Shown here piece by piece: positions 41,939 to 53,021 of a stretch of DNA of 64,000 nt. The position numbers were made by a program, and so were the translations under genes. This DNA comes from Amoebophrya sp. A120 (taxonomy: Eukaryota > Protista > Dinoflagellata). Positions within the stretch are counted from its first letter, which is position 1, and every line of letters begins with the position of its first letter. The stretch is taken from the NCBI GenBank assembly GCA_905178155.1, contig CAJINV010000001.1:14219265-14283264 (forward strand), given 5' to 3'. The notes beneath the pieces were generated by a model. It had not been told where the DNA came from. It saw only the letters and a program-made list of their open reading frames with translations, and searched no databases.

Positions 41939-44911
41939 CTATGGACAAAGTAGACAGCGAACATCAAGCCTCCGTATCAATATGTCCCTGAAACAAAGAA
42001 CAAAAAGTAGTAATCTCACCGAGTACAGCGGACAACTCAGAGATGAGGCTACTGCCATTCGCATTCCAGCAGTTGGGGTTCGATCATATTTCTTTTCAGA
42101 AGACCTTCCCAGCCGGGCACGGCGTTTTTCTGCCCAGAGACGGAATCGCACAAGCGACATCTTGTGGCGATACAATTGCACGATGCCGGAATTTTCCCGC
42201 CGCTTGTCTGACATCTTTTGTACTTCGACTTCGACTTCTTCAGTTGGAGGAGTCTGGTGCGCGGCGCTGGAAGCATTTCCGCCAGGAGATTTTGCTTTCT
42301 CAGATGGCTTGCTACCATTTAGCCCGTTAATGCCGGGGCTCGGCGTAACCCGCTGCTTCGGGGCGAAAAATGCGTTAGCGAGCGGATGTTGCCTTTGCCC
42401 TTCGTTTGCTGGGACGCCTGAGCTCTGCGCAGTGTCAGTATCGTAATTAATACCTTTTGCAGAAAGGGGAAAGACTTGGTCTTCGGAGGTGGGGGCGAAC
42501 GTGATGCAGCATCCATGTGGTGGAATCACGAATACACTCACAAGGGTATTGCTTTCTTCAGCACTGACTGCGGCCCAAGACACAGCCTGTTCGGCTGACG
42601 GTTGGGGTTGCGCGGGGACGGGTCCAGCATTGTTGCTCCTGTTCTTTCCGCTCCCGCCTGTCTCGGCAGCTTCTGCAGCTGCTGCTTTTTGAGGTGATGT
42701 CCACTGGGCCATCGAGGTCGTCGAGTCTGCTAGCTTATTGCCAACGTGAGTTCCTGGCCCTCGGGTCAACACAACGTCTGTTGCCTCTTGTTCTGGTTCC
42801 GGAATCGTTTTCGCAGAGGCCATCGCTGCGGCACTGCCTCTCCTAGCGACGGATTCCGCCACTTCCTCATCCGTGGCGCAAGCAGATAGAAACGGTTGTA
42901 GAGTTGTTTCTACCTTCGCCAGACCAGGCTGCTGGTCTTCAGTTGCGCTTGCAGCAGCTTCTGAATTTGATGTCTTTCCATCGCCATCTGCGGCTTCTGA
43001 AATAGCCTTCCCGGCATTTGCTAAGTCGTTTTGTCCTCGGGTCGTAGAAATTCGATTAGGCGACGTTGCGATTGGTAACGACTTCTGGAGGTTCGAGTTG
43101 GAGGTAGATGACGAGGGCAATTTCACTTCATCTCCAAAGAGCAGATGGAAATCTTCTGGCGGTTTGCGCTGTGCTGACGGCGTTCCTTCCGTCGCACCGG
43201 ATGAGCCTGGTGTTCTGCCACTTCCCTGCAGAAGTTGACTCATTCGCGCTTTTTCCTGCGAAATCGGCGGCATTATTCCACCAGCGGTACTAGAGAAATC
43301 ATGATCCTCTACTGCCATAAGCTCTTCATCAACGTCCGCCAATTCGCTGTATTTTGACACTCGTGGTCGACCCTCGTCGTCGAAAGCGCGAATGGGAGTG
43401 AGCTTGCTGTTTGGGTGCCCACCTGTAGGCGGACTGCTTGAGAGCTGATCGAATTCCGTGTCGCCCATATCAAAGTCCAAGACCCGACCGGAGGAGGACA
43501 TAACTAGCCCGCTCTTCGGACTGTCGCGCCCAGGTTCGTAGGCAGGACCTCGTCCAACAGGGAGTTCGAGCGGATGCTGTTGATCGTGCTGGTAGTTGCC
43601 CGGAGCTCCAGCGGTTGAATGCGCCTCCTGCTGCAGTTCCTCGGTCACACCACTGACCGGCAGGTTTTCCACCGTGGTTAGCAAGCCAGGCGAGGCAGAG
43701 GCTGCGGATGCCCTTGAGGATTTGCTTGGGTGGTCCCATCCAAGCGACAACCGGCGGTCGGAAAATAACGGCCGCGGATCGTGCTCTTCAACTGCGAATG
43801 AGGGTTGCTGGGTGTAGGCTGCAGCTGCAGCTGCACCAGCTCCTGCGGAGATAGAAGATGACACCGCGGGGGCCCGGGCGTCGTGCTGCCGAAAACAGAC
43901 AAACTCGTCTTCCTGGATCCCCGTGTTCCTCCCGGCACCAGCATTTTGGTGGTTGTTCTCATCTTGCAACACTACTTTTCTCTTGAGCAGTTTGCAGTGC
44001 TCGACGGACACGCTGCCGGAGCTGCTCCTACTACTGCTTGAGGTCGCGGATTCGCCCGGTTTCAACATCGTCTGCAGGCCTTCCTCTTCTTGAGATGAGG
44101 TTCGATTCGCCCTGTGGTTTTTCCTTGCAGCATCAAAACTCGCCTTCCACTCTTGGCGATTCTTCTCATTCGAGGGACGATTATCGCCGCTGCAGTTGGA
44201 GGCAGACAGTACGTACGAGACGGACAGGTCCTGATCGGGGAGACACCGCGACATAAACCAGTAGTATTCCGGCGAGCTCTCTACCACAATGGCGTATTTC
44301 ACTTGGCGGCAACCGTACTCGAAGACGTCGGCGACTTGAAAAAGGGTCCACATCAGCGTCTTCCAGCTGCGCGTGCGACCGTCGTAATCGTCGATGGAGG
44401 GAAGCAACACTCTGACGTCCTCCGCAATTCCAAAAACACTGTCAGCATTGGCGCTCAGCTGTTCGGGCGCAGCTGCGACCGCTGGCTGGTTCGCAACGCC
44501 AAACATAGTCTTCGGCGTTGACTCGGTTTTGTTGATTTGCATTTTTTTGCTGTGATCCGCGTCGGTTGCCGTTTTGCTTTCTTCATCTTCTTCTGGAGTA
44601 GGGGCAACAGTCTCACGCCCTTCGTTGGTTGCACTTTCGGACTTGGGCTCGGAGTTTGCGAAAAACCACACTCCGCGCGGTGCCATTGCGTGCGAAAGAA
44701 CCCCATCGGCATCTTGGTTTACAGAGCCACAAAGCCGCAACTCTTTGTCTCTCCGGATTTTTGCTAGGTTGTCGCTGCGAGTCACATGCACCCATTCTCG
44801 GAACGAGAGCTTCGACGCCTCGTTGCGTTCGCTGCTGTGAGCAATCTGAGTGCTCTGGGCCATCATCTTTTTGTTTTTGTCTTTGCTAGTAGAAAGACCG
44901 CGGTCGTGCAT
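41939..44911 (-). CDS. Uncharacterised, largely low-complexity protein (990-aa ORF)
   Basis: Long ORF on the same strand as its neighbours, Ser/Ala/Glu-rich. No family recognised; the 3' end may be spliced. Confidence 0.6.
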   Translation of the reverse strand: MHDRGLSTSKDKNKKMMAQSTQIAHSSERNEASKLSFREWVHVTRSDNLAKIRRDKELRLCGSVNQDADGVLSHAMAPRGVWFFANSEPKSESATNEGRETVAPTPEEDEESKTATDADHSKKMQINKTESTPKTMFGVANQPAVAAAPEQLSANADSVFGIAEDVRVLLPSIDDYDGRTRSWKTLMWTLFQVADVFEYGCRQVKYAIVVESSPEYYWFMSRCLPDQDLSVSYVLSASNCSGDNRPSNEKNRQEWKASFDAARKNHRANRTSSQEEEGLQTMLKPGESATSSSSRSSSGSVSVEHCKLLKRKVVLQDENNHQNAGAGRNTGIQEDEFVCFRQHDARAPAVSSSISAGAGAAAAAAYTQQPSFAVEEHDPRPLFSDRRLSLGWDHPSKSSRASAASASPGLLTTVENLPVSGVTEELQQEAHSTAGAPGNYQHDQQHPLELPVGRGPAYEPGRDSPKSGLVMSSSGRVLDFDMGDTEFDQLSSSPPTGGHPNSKLTPIRAFDDEGRPRVSKYSELADVDEELMAVEDHDFSSTAGGIMPPISQEKARMSQLLQGSGRTPGSSGATEGTPSAQRKPPEDFHLLFGDEVKLPSSSTSNSNLQKSLPIATSPNRISTTRGQNDLANAGKAISEAADGDGKTSNSEAAASATEDQQPGLAKVETTLQPFLSACATDEEVAESVARRGSAAAMASAKTIPEPEQEATDVVLTRGPGTHVGNKLADSTTSMAQWTSPQKAAAAEAAETGGSGKNRSNNAGPVPAQPQPSAEQAVSWAAVSAEESNTLVSVFVIPPHGCCITFAPTSEDQVFPLSAKGINYDTDTAQSSGVPANEGQRQHPLANAFFAPKQRVTPSPGINGLNGSKPSEKAKSPGGNASSAAHQTPPTEEVEVEVQKMSDKRRENSGIVQLYRHKMSLVRFRLWAEKRRARLGRSSEKKYDRTPTAGMRMAVASSLSCPLYSVRLLLFVLCFRDILIRRLDVRCLLCP

Positions 44912-46510
44912 TCCTCCTTGTCAGTTGACATCATAGACAACAACTTCAACTCATTCTAGCTTGTAGCTTGCAGCAGAGAACTGCTTTTGTAAGCTAAGGC
45001 TGTGACGATAGAATGTCAACCGAATTTTCACGGTGTGAAGACAATCAACGACGAAGAAACGCGGGCGGTGTGAACACTGGCCATCTTGCATGTCAAGCAG
45101 AATCTAGGCGGGATTCAGTGTTTCTTAGTCGCAATCAATCTATGGTGACTATCGTCACAGCCTGTGGGGAAAAATTTAGCGTTCCAAACAACACACAAAT
45201 TTTGACGTCTCAGTCAGGGGGGTAAAACATGAAAGTTCCAATTTGTTTAATCACCCTAAATTTGTGAAAAATATCAGATCAACAATCGTTGATCGTCACT
45301 AGTATACAGTGCGGGGTTAGAGTGAACTTCATTTTTGTTCCTTCTCATGAACATCGTGATTTGCATGAGACCTCATTTTGAATCATCATCGTAGCATCGT
45401 GATTTACATCGTGATTTCAATTTAGTCAATTCAGATCGGGATGCTTGTCAAGAACAAATTCTTGATCATGCTTACAATAAAGTAGGTAGTGGTAGAGATA
45501 ATACCTGAAGGAATTGCGCCACCAGCTCACTTCTTTCTCTTTCATCTGCTTCAGTTACGGCTCTCATACCGCTCTCCTACTCCTTGTTCAACAAGTATAA
45601 AGACATCCTTGCGCCGCTCACTTGCGAAACTCTACAAAGGCTAAAACATAGAGTTACCGTTCGTGAAATGAGTAACAAGCTGCCCCGTGCGCATACCCAT
45701 ATGTGAAATGTGAAATATGCCCCCGTCCCCGAACAAATGAAAATGTCACCATCACAACCGACACAAGATTATCAAGCATAACTGCAGACGAGCAGCCAGG
45801 AGATTCTTTGGTGAGCTATGATATTATTTGATTGGTTAAGGGAATAATTGGCAGAGCTAGAGATTCATTTTTCTTTTCACTTTTCTATTTTTTTCCTAGC
45901 CCAGAGCCAGACTACCGAAAGAGACCGAGCACTTTTGTAAATCTACTATTTCTGTCGTCGAACAAGTCGATGATGGACTACACTAGTGCGATCGTGTTCG
46001 TGGTCGTGTTCGTGTCACAACTTGTAGTTTCCGCACTCTACTTGCTGATCAATACGGATCATTCTAAATTGAACTTTCATCAGTCGCACGGCATGCGCTC
46101 GTGCGTGATCTTCCTTCGTATCTTCGGAACTCAAAAAAAAAAAAGGGCGGCGCATCGGGGGCCGAGCGAAAGCCACAGACAGTTCTTTTTCTTTGCAGAT
46201 CTTTTTTTCTTGCGACCAAAAGAAACGCAAGAAGAGTCTCACGACTAAAACTACTTTGAAACGTCACTGAGCAGGAAAAATGTCCAACATTCGCATGCAA
46301 CATTTGTTGCAAAAACATACTTTCTAGAAACTACTGCAAAAGCAGTTATCGTCTTGCGAACAAGTACGAATCAATTCTGATTTTGCCGATGGCGATACGT
46401 GACTGAAATCTTTCAAAAATTCAAGCAAACGCGGCAGATAAGCACTTGCAACGTGTTAAGTTGTATGCAGGACGACGAAAAACTGGTGCCGTGATTGTCC
46501 TCCCGGTCGC

Positions 46511-47589
46511 TCAGGTTGCGTTTGTGCCGAAAACGGCGTCAAAGGCCATGATGACGTACACGGAGGTCATCCCGGTGATACTGTAGTTGATAAAGAATTC
46601 GACGCTCCGGGCGCTGAGCCCTCTGTACCCCTTGGCAACGCGGGCGATACCAGACCGGTTGTGCTCGTCTGCCTGAAAAGCGTCGCGCAGCGTGGCAAAA
46701 AAACTCTTGCAGGGGGTACCAGGCGGTACGACCATCATTCGGGCCACCGTGGTGTCAAAGGCAAACGCTGCTACCACTGCAACCACGGCCGCGCAACCGT
46801 AGGAGAGGCCCTGTGAAGTAGCAGATGTAGTCGCGGCTATACTGTTCGCCTTCGCGCATCGAGAGCTTGTCACATAATTTGAAAACATAAAGAGGTAGCT
46901 GGCAGGTTTTTTGTGTACTCTATACATGGTGCACGTCAGTGATAAAGTGTTCAACAGTGGTATCAGCATAGCAAGATGCATTCGGCTACAAGTCCCGCCA
47001 CAAGCAAAATAAGAAAGCAAAAGAGTACTGGGCCGTAATTCTGGTGCTGGGCCAAAAAGGTCTGCGTCCCGAAGAAAAATGAGTCGTAGGTTGCTGAGCA
47101 GCAGCCTGCTGCGACGAGCCGGCGCAAGAGGTACGGCAGGGTGCCCGCATTTTTCGCCGTGCGATACAAATTGTCCCATCTGGCTTCCTGCTTGGTGATG
47201 ACGTTCTGTGACAGCAGCTTTTTTCGGTATTCCGCCAAACCGGCGAGGAAACCAGTGGTGAACCCACTGCCGCAACTTCCTACATAGGTCGACGCGGTCC
47301 TTGACAAATTAGTGTTTTGTTGCACGATCTGGGTGTACAGCTCGGAAACCAGAAACATAGGGCCTCGCGTTATCAGCCGTTGCTCGATCGCGGGGAAGAA
47401 GCCGCGGTAGAAATTTCGAAAGTCTCCCGCGTGAATGGTCTTTATCGCGGGCGACAGTTTCTCGGCCCTCACCTGCATTCGGATCTTGATCACATCGAAG
47501 GGGTGGCTCCCACACGTGCCCGGAATCGCTCCGATGCCACCAATCAAGCCTTTCAGAAGGCACGCATGAGCGTCAATTTCGATGCCCAT
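46511..47589 (-). CDS. Mitochondrial carrier family (SLC25) protein, 2 exons
   Basis: Carrier signature HPFDVIKIRMQ, FYRGF and degenerate repeats LAEYRKK and AFDTTVARM. A GT-AG intron at 46811-47027 joins the exons in frame. Confidence 0.9.
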
Positions 47590-48339
47590 CTTGATCTGTC
47601 TTTTCGAACTTTATGAAACGATAATCAAACACTAAAACAAGGAAGCAGTTACGCAGGTGGCGCAAAATGACCAAGGTAGGTGCGGTGTCCCAAACGAAGC
47701 GACGTCCTTCTACAACCTCATAGTGAACGACTGCAGTAAGAGCGTCCTAAAACCGAAACACCAGCAGGAATATAGAATAGCTTACCAAAATATGAATATC
47801 CACAAATGGAGGACAAGCTGTGCTACCGAGAGAACATACAAAGACGACCAGTCTGATCTGCAAGGGATTAGCTCGATGCAGATGAAATGGACGAGCTACT
47901 AGTGCTACCGGCACACACAAATAGGAATAAACCCAAGTGATTTTGTTCGCGGTTAATCTAGCGCTTTATTTGTCGTGCGTATCATTCTACCTTTTTCGGA
48001 TATCATTTGCATAGGTGCGGTTCGTTCTTGTTTCTTCGAATTGAACGCTACTCATCATCAGGGTCGTCTTTTCCTTCTATTCAGAGTGCACCACTCGTCC
48101 ATCGAGAGACGAGGACAGGCGCTCGCAAAGAAAGTTGTAAAAGCACTACTGGTATTAAAGGCAAAGTACTAGTATTCCACTCTGGTTTCAGCATAGACAC
48201 AGAGTTCTGCGAGCAACAAACATCGGAGGCAAAACAAACAAAGTGGATTTATTACATTCACATCACTGAAGATTCTGTTCGTCTTCGTATTCATTGGTTC
48301 CTAAATTCATCTACATTTAGATTCCTAGCTCCGTCACGC

Positions 48340-50664
48340 TCATTTTGGTAGTTCTGGTGGAATCGCAATTCCATTATCCGTCAAAAGTTTCTCCAACTGT
48401 GCGACTCGGGCTTGCAGGCGCTCCATCGAGACAGGCTGGTAAGAAGTTCCATTTGTAGTACGTGGCGCGGATTCATCGTTTTCCGGGCCCTCCTCTCCTG
48501 TGATGCAGCCGGTGCTACCGGTTGCACCGGTTTCCTTGTCCTCTACGCCCTGCACATCCGAGTTGTCCCCGCCTTCGTCGTTCTCGCTAGCGCAGTCGTC
48601 ATTGTCTTCGGACGAGTGATCATTCAGTTCGCTTTCGTCACTCATGTCGTCATCCTCGTTGTCATCTTCGGATGGGTCGTTCTTGTACACATCCGCTGCG
48701 TCCACCGGTAACACGTCGGGATATCCCCAACGCGCTCGCCATTTCTTGTACATCGTGCAGGATTGGAACGCCTGCATCACACGCTTTCTCGCCGTCGGGT
48801 GCAAGTTTGTTGGCATGTGCACGACGGGGCGCTCGAACGGCAGCATTGCTCGGACCTCCAGGATCGCGAGCGCGCACGAGTCCTGGCAAAACAGGATGCT
48901 GCCCGGATCCCTGGCGAACACTTCCTGTTCGACTTCGCTATCGTCTTCTTCTTCGAGTTCGTTGATATGATCCTCCTCATCTTCATCACTGCTGTCAAAT
49001 TTCGAGAGTTTTCGCTTCTTCGAGGTACTTGCTCTCTCCTTTTCCTGTTGTTTGCTGTACAAGTCTTGGTTGATCTCGATGCTGCTGATTTTTGCGTCGA
49101 GAAGGTCACGTGATTCTTTGCTAGATGACGCTGCGTCGCCGCTTGCGAGCAGCATGATCTCCTTAGACGCAGGTCCGCTTACCAGTGCGAGATCGGTGAG
49201 CATGACGAGAAACAGGGTGGGCGTTGTGGGCCAAACTGGTGGAAACAGTTTACTACTCGGCGTCCGTCCGATCAACATGGCACTGTCCGAGTGGCACAAG
49301 GAGTATCCGGCCGACGTGATGTCGTTCCCTGCGCATTCGTACGAATCAAACTCGATCGCGGCCGCATAGTCGGACGGGTCATGCATCACGAACCGCCTGT
49401 AGTCGTTGCAGTTTCGTCTTTGTGGGTAGGAGTACTCCTCCTTGACGGGCCGCTTGCCGCCCGTGTACGTTGGCAAGAACGAGTCCTCCTGTTGCCCCTG
49501 CTGACGTTTTCCTGTACTACTAGACTGCTTGTAAAAGTCCGGATCCAGTAATTGCTGCAGGTAATTCGGGGCCGCCTTCTTTGTGTCGATCATCTTCGCA
49601 ATGGGCATCACAATCCTCATCGTGTCGGGCAGTATCAGGTTGCAGGAGCTGGCTGGCTTGTTCCCAGAATGATACAGCGGCCCCGCATAAGAAACGATTT
49701 CCGAATACGACATAAGAGCTGAGCGCGCAATTGTCACGTCCCTTTCGACGTCGAACTTCTTTCCGCACAGTTTCCGGAGGTAGTTGCTCTCCTGCATCGA
49801 CTTCCAGGAATTACCTGTAGCATATCGCATGTAGCCATCTTCCCTGCGCAATATGCGGGCGTCTTTGCGACTGTGGTCAGACAGCGAGAGGTTTGGACCA
49901 AGGCGCGCGTTGGTAAACCGCGGCTGGCCGGTCTGGGGATCGGTCTTGCGTAACATCACGTCTTCGTCCTCGAAATAGGGGTGACAGTTCTGTTTGATGA
50001 CCCACTCGGTACCGGAGCACGTGAGCCAGTCGCGGTGATCGGGCTCGAGTGTGCATGGCGGGATGTGGATATTCTCGTATTCGGTGTGATAGTTGTAGGG
50101 CCCGAACCGCTCGTGCATTTCTTCAGCGATCCCACGTGGATCTTCAACCAGGAAGCGGAATATGAGCTTCCTAGCAGGGTCCGGCAGGAAGAAGTCCTTC
50201 ATCTTGTTCTGCGTTGCTTTCTTCGTGTCGGAAAATCTTGCAGCAAGAGCTTGCTCTTCAGCGGTGAGATCTCGCAGGGATGTGACTGTTTTTCCGCGGA
50301 CATAAGTGGTAACCTTCAGCTGCGACGCCCCGCTTGCTCCATTCACTGCAAGATCCTTCTTCATCTTGAGGAATTTGGTTTGCTCCTTTGCCTTCTCTAT
50401 ATCTGCCGCGGAGAGGATGCCTGTTTGCAACCACGATTGCGCTTGCGCCCGATCGGCTGCTGCTACCAATCCGAAGTCCTCTGACTGAAATTCTCCGCTT
50501 GCAACTCCAGCAGCAATAGCACTTCGCTCGAGCGCGAGCGCGGCGATGTTAACTAGGCGCGGATATATTTTCGGCACATCGGATTCGGAATCAATTTCGG
50601 GAAAAAAGAAGTCCATGTCAATGTCCGGGTCTACTATGTCGCTGTAGTTGGCCAAGTACTGCAC
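48340..50664 (-). CDS. Uncharacterised protein with acidic tracts and a C-terminal short coiled coil (probably a last exon)
   Basis: 774-aa ORF with no ATG at its start and an open frame upstream to about 50740. It may splice to 51073-51747. Confidence 0.6.
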   Translation of the reverse strand: MQYLANYSDIVDPDIDMDFFFPEIDSESDVPKIYPRLVNIAALALERSAIAAGVASGEFQSEDFGLVAAADRAQAQSWLQTGILSAADIEKAKEQTKFLKMKKDLAVNGASGASQLKVTTYVRGKTVTSLRDLTAEEQALAARFSDTKKATQNKMKDFFLPDPARKLIFRFLVEDPRGIAEEMHERFGPYNYHTEYENIHIPPCTLEPDHRDWLTCSGTEWVIKQNCHPYFEDEDVMLRKTDPQTGQPRFTNARLGPNLSLSDHSRKDARILRREDGYMRYATGNSWKSMQESNYLRKLCGKKFDVERDVTIARSALMSYSEIVSYAGPLYHSGNKPASSCNLILPDTMRIVMPIAKMIDTKKAAPNYLQQLLDPDFYKQSSSTGKRQQGQQEDSFLPTYTGGKRPVKEEYSYPQRRNCNDYRRFVMHDPSDYAAAIEFDSYECAGNDITSAGYSLCHSDSAMLIGRTPSSKLFPPVWPTTPTLFLVMLTDLALVSGPASKEIMLLASGDAASSSKESRDLLDAKISSIEINQDLYSKQQEKERASTSKKRKLSKFDSSDEDEEDHINELEEEDDSEVEQEVFARDPGSILFCQDSCALAILEVRAMLPFERPVVHMPTNLHPTARKRVMQAFQSCTMYKKWRARWGYPDVLPVDAADVYKNDPSEDDNEDDDMSDESELNDHSSEDNDDCASENDEGGDNSDVQGVEDKETGATGSTGCITGEEGPENDESAPRTTNGTSYQPVSMERLQARVAQLEKLLTDNGIAIPPELPK

Positions 50665-51072
50665 AATCCTTTGCTCAAACCGTTCACATCCTAGGAGCCC
50701 CAGAAGAACGTGCCCTGAGTATTGATGAAGTTGTGGGATCTACTACAAGAACTGACTATTCATATTTCTGGTTCGGTAGCATTCGCCTTCCATCAAGTCC
50801 AAAAGCAAAAGAGTCCCTGCTTCTCGTCTCCCCACTTGATTTTACTTACTTAAAATGCTCGAGAGAGCAGGACCTCGTATGTTGTAAGTATCACTTTAAA
50901 GGGCACGAGTCAGTTGTGCTTGTGGCGCCGTTGCAGCAAATGTCGAGGATTAGCAACTTGCCACGCGTATTGAAGATGTAAACAAGGACATGCTTGCTAG
51001 AATAATGCTTTCGATCTTCAGCGACAGCCTACACTTGGAAACGCGTCGCAGGTGTCTAGCTGAGTGGTGGGT

Positions 51073-51747
51073 CTAAGTACCTGGAGAAAGGCAACGCCTG
51101 TGGTGGTGCAGAGTGTGCGTTTGCTCGGTCGACGCAATGCAGACTGACGTAGGTTCGTCCTCGTGCCAGTAGCGAAACGGAGCGAAGCCATTGGCTTCCG
51201 GGCAGCCGTGCGGGAATATCGTCTGAAGAAGAGAAGCTAGGGCATCACTGGCGGGTCCCTCCTCAAGGAAACTTTCCCCGGTCGTGAGGAACTTGTAGAG
51301 CCTGCGAATCTTTATGGATCCTAGCAGAAAAGTCCCGAGCCCGTGGCCAAACCCGGAAAATACGTCAAGGAACAAAAGGACCCGAGTAATTTGCCAGACC
51401 GAGTTCTCATACTCCGCGACGCTGGACGTGGTAAAAGACCGATGGTCTCTCTGTAATCCCTCAGCCAGTTTCGGGTAGATGTAGTCTCCACCGCAAACGT
51501 AGGGCCCCACGTACGGATAGGTCTCCAGCAGCCTTTTCGCCAGAGGGACGTAGTTGACATGTTCGCGTCGCAGGTGCTCCGGCGTCGCGAAGCGTGACCG
51601 CAAGCTTTCGCGAAACTCCTGGAGAAACTGCCTTGTTGGATGCAAGTCGAGCATCTGATGCTCAAGTGCACCAGGATCGAGAGGATCACCCATCATTTTT
51701 ATTGGCACCGAGGATACGGATGCAACTGGGAGCAAGCTCAAGATCAA
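51073..51747 (-). CDS. Putative exon or uncharacterised protein
   Basis: 224-aa protein-like ORF on the minus strand, possibly the first exon of the 48340-50664 gene. Confidence 0.45.
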   Translation of the reverse strand: MILSLLPVASVSSVPIKMMGDPLDPGALEHQMLDLHPTRQFLQEFRESLRSRFATPEHLRREHVNYVPLAKRLLETYPYVGPYVCGGDYIYPKLAEGLQRDHRSFTTSSVAEYENSVWQITRVLLFLDVFSGFGHGLGTFLLGSIKIRRLYKFLTTGESFLEEGPASDALASLLQTIFPHGCPEANGFAPFRYWHEDEPTSVCIASTEQTHTLHHHRRCLSPGT

Positions 51748-53021
51748 AAGAACTACTAATACTCCTACACCTCGGTCGAGGAGAACTAGAACTACTTACA
51801 ACAATTTCCAAAGTCTAAATCAAGAAACCAGAACTACAGAATGCAGACTGAGAACGAGGTGGTCATGACTTTATTTCTGAATTCTCCTGCTCAATGTCAA
51901 TGAGGTGTCTGTGTGTCGAGAACGATTTCAACTGCTAGCGATGCACGACCTGGACGAGTGAGTTATCATCAATTATCAAGTTCTAGATGAAGCTTTTCTT
52001 TCCGTTTTGCGCCCTTTTTCGTTTTCGCTTTGATCGCGATCTCTCAAAAACACGAGCAAGCGACATATCATCAAGGCATGCGAGTTTGAATCGGAAAGGC
52101 GTTTTTCGTCCAAGCAGAAACGCGCGCAGTCGAGAGCTAGGAATGAAGACCATTTCACGACCATAATGATGAGAAAGAGACAACGACTTTGAGAGAATTC
52201 ATCATCTAGTTCGCCCTTTACTATTTGTACTTGCGGATTATGATGAATCATGAGAATGGCGGCGCGACGAGCTTGTCCTCCTGATCGGGGAGAACATGAG
52301 CAAGGAATCTCGAATGTGCATTGATTCCTTTCTTTATCAGCTTTCATCTTGCGTGGGTTTTTTCATTTCTTTTCCATTTGGGGAGAAAAAGACATGTAGT
52401 GCGTCCGCTACTTTCTTTGGCGATCATCACTCTGTTCCGAGCGGAATCCCTTCTGCTTCGATTCTCACTTTTTCGTACTTACGCAAGGTCAACCTGCACG
52501 CGTCCCATGCCCATACCAACTGAAACAACCCACTCTCTTCGGTCAGTCGCATCTCGTCCTGCTGCATTCTTGCTGCCATTCCTTTTCACGGACTCTAAGG
52601 CCGTATCTGTCCAGCATCGTTCACGCGGAGGTTCTGTGCTGCTTCCTAAGCTTTCTCGTGGTCCTTCTCCTTACTCTGAGTTTCATAATATGTCGACTCA
52701 CTCATATTTTCTTCCTGCGCTGCTTAACCGCTCCCTTGCCCAGACGTCTCTGCTTCCGCAAACGCAGGGCCGCCGCACGGCGACGCCTGCTCGGAGCGAG
52801 CGTACAGGTTGGCCTGCACGAAGCAACGCCATTCCGCGGAGCAGTGGCCGCATGACGAAAGCCTGTCGCCTCGGCTGCAGAACAGTCTTTTTCGACGGTG
52901 GAACATGACTTCCGGCTGCTCGTTCGGCGTCGGATGAACCCAGCGCCGCTGACCTTGACACCATGTCCATGACACGGGTTGCCACATCTTCAACGAGGAC
53001 GACGGAATTTTTATAGCCTAT

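Noticed and set aside
45353-45418. CATCGTGATTT occurring three times
   Set aside because: Short intergenic repeat with no support for function.
45832-46248. Plus-strand ORF with a hydrophobic stretch
   Set aside because: T-rich intergenic composition, opposite strand to all genes and no motif.
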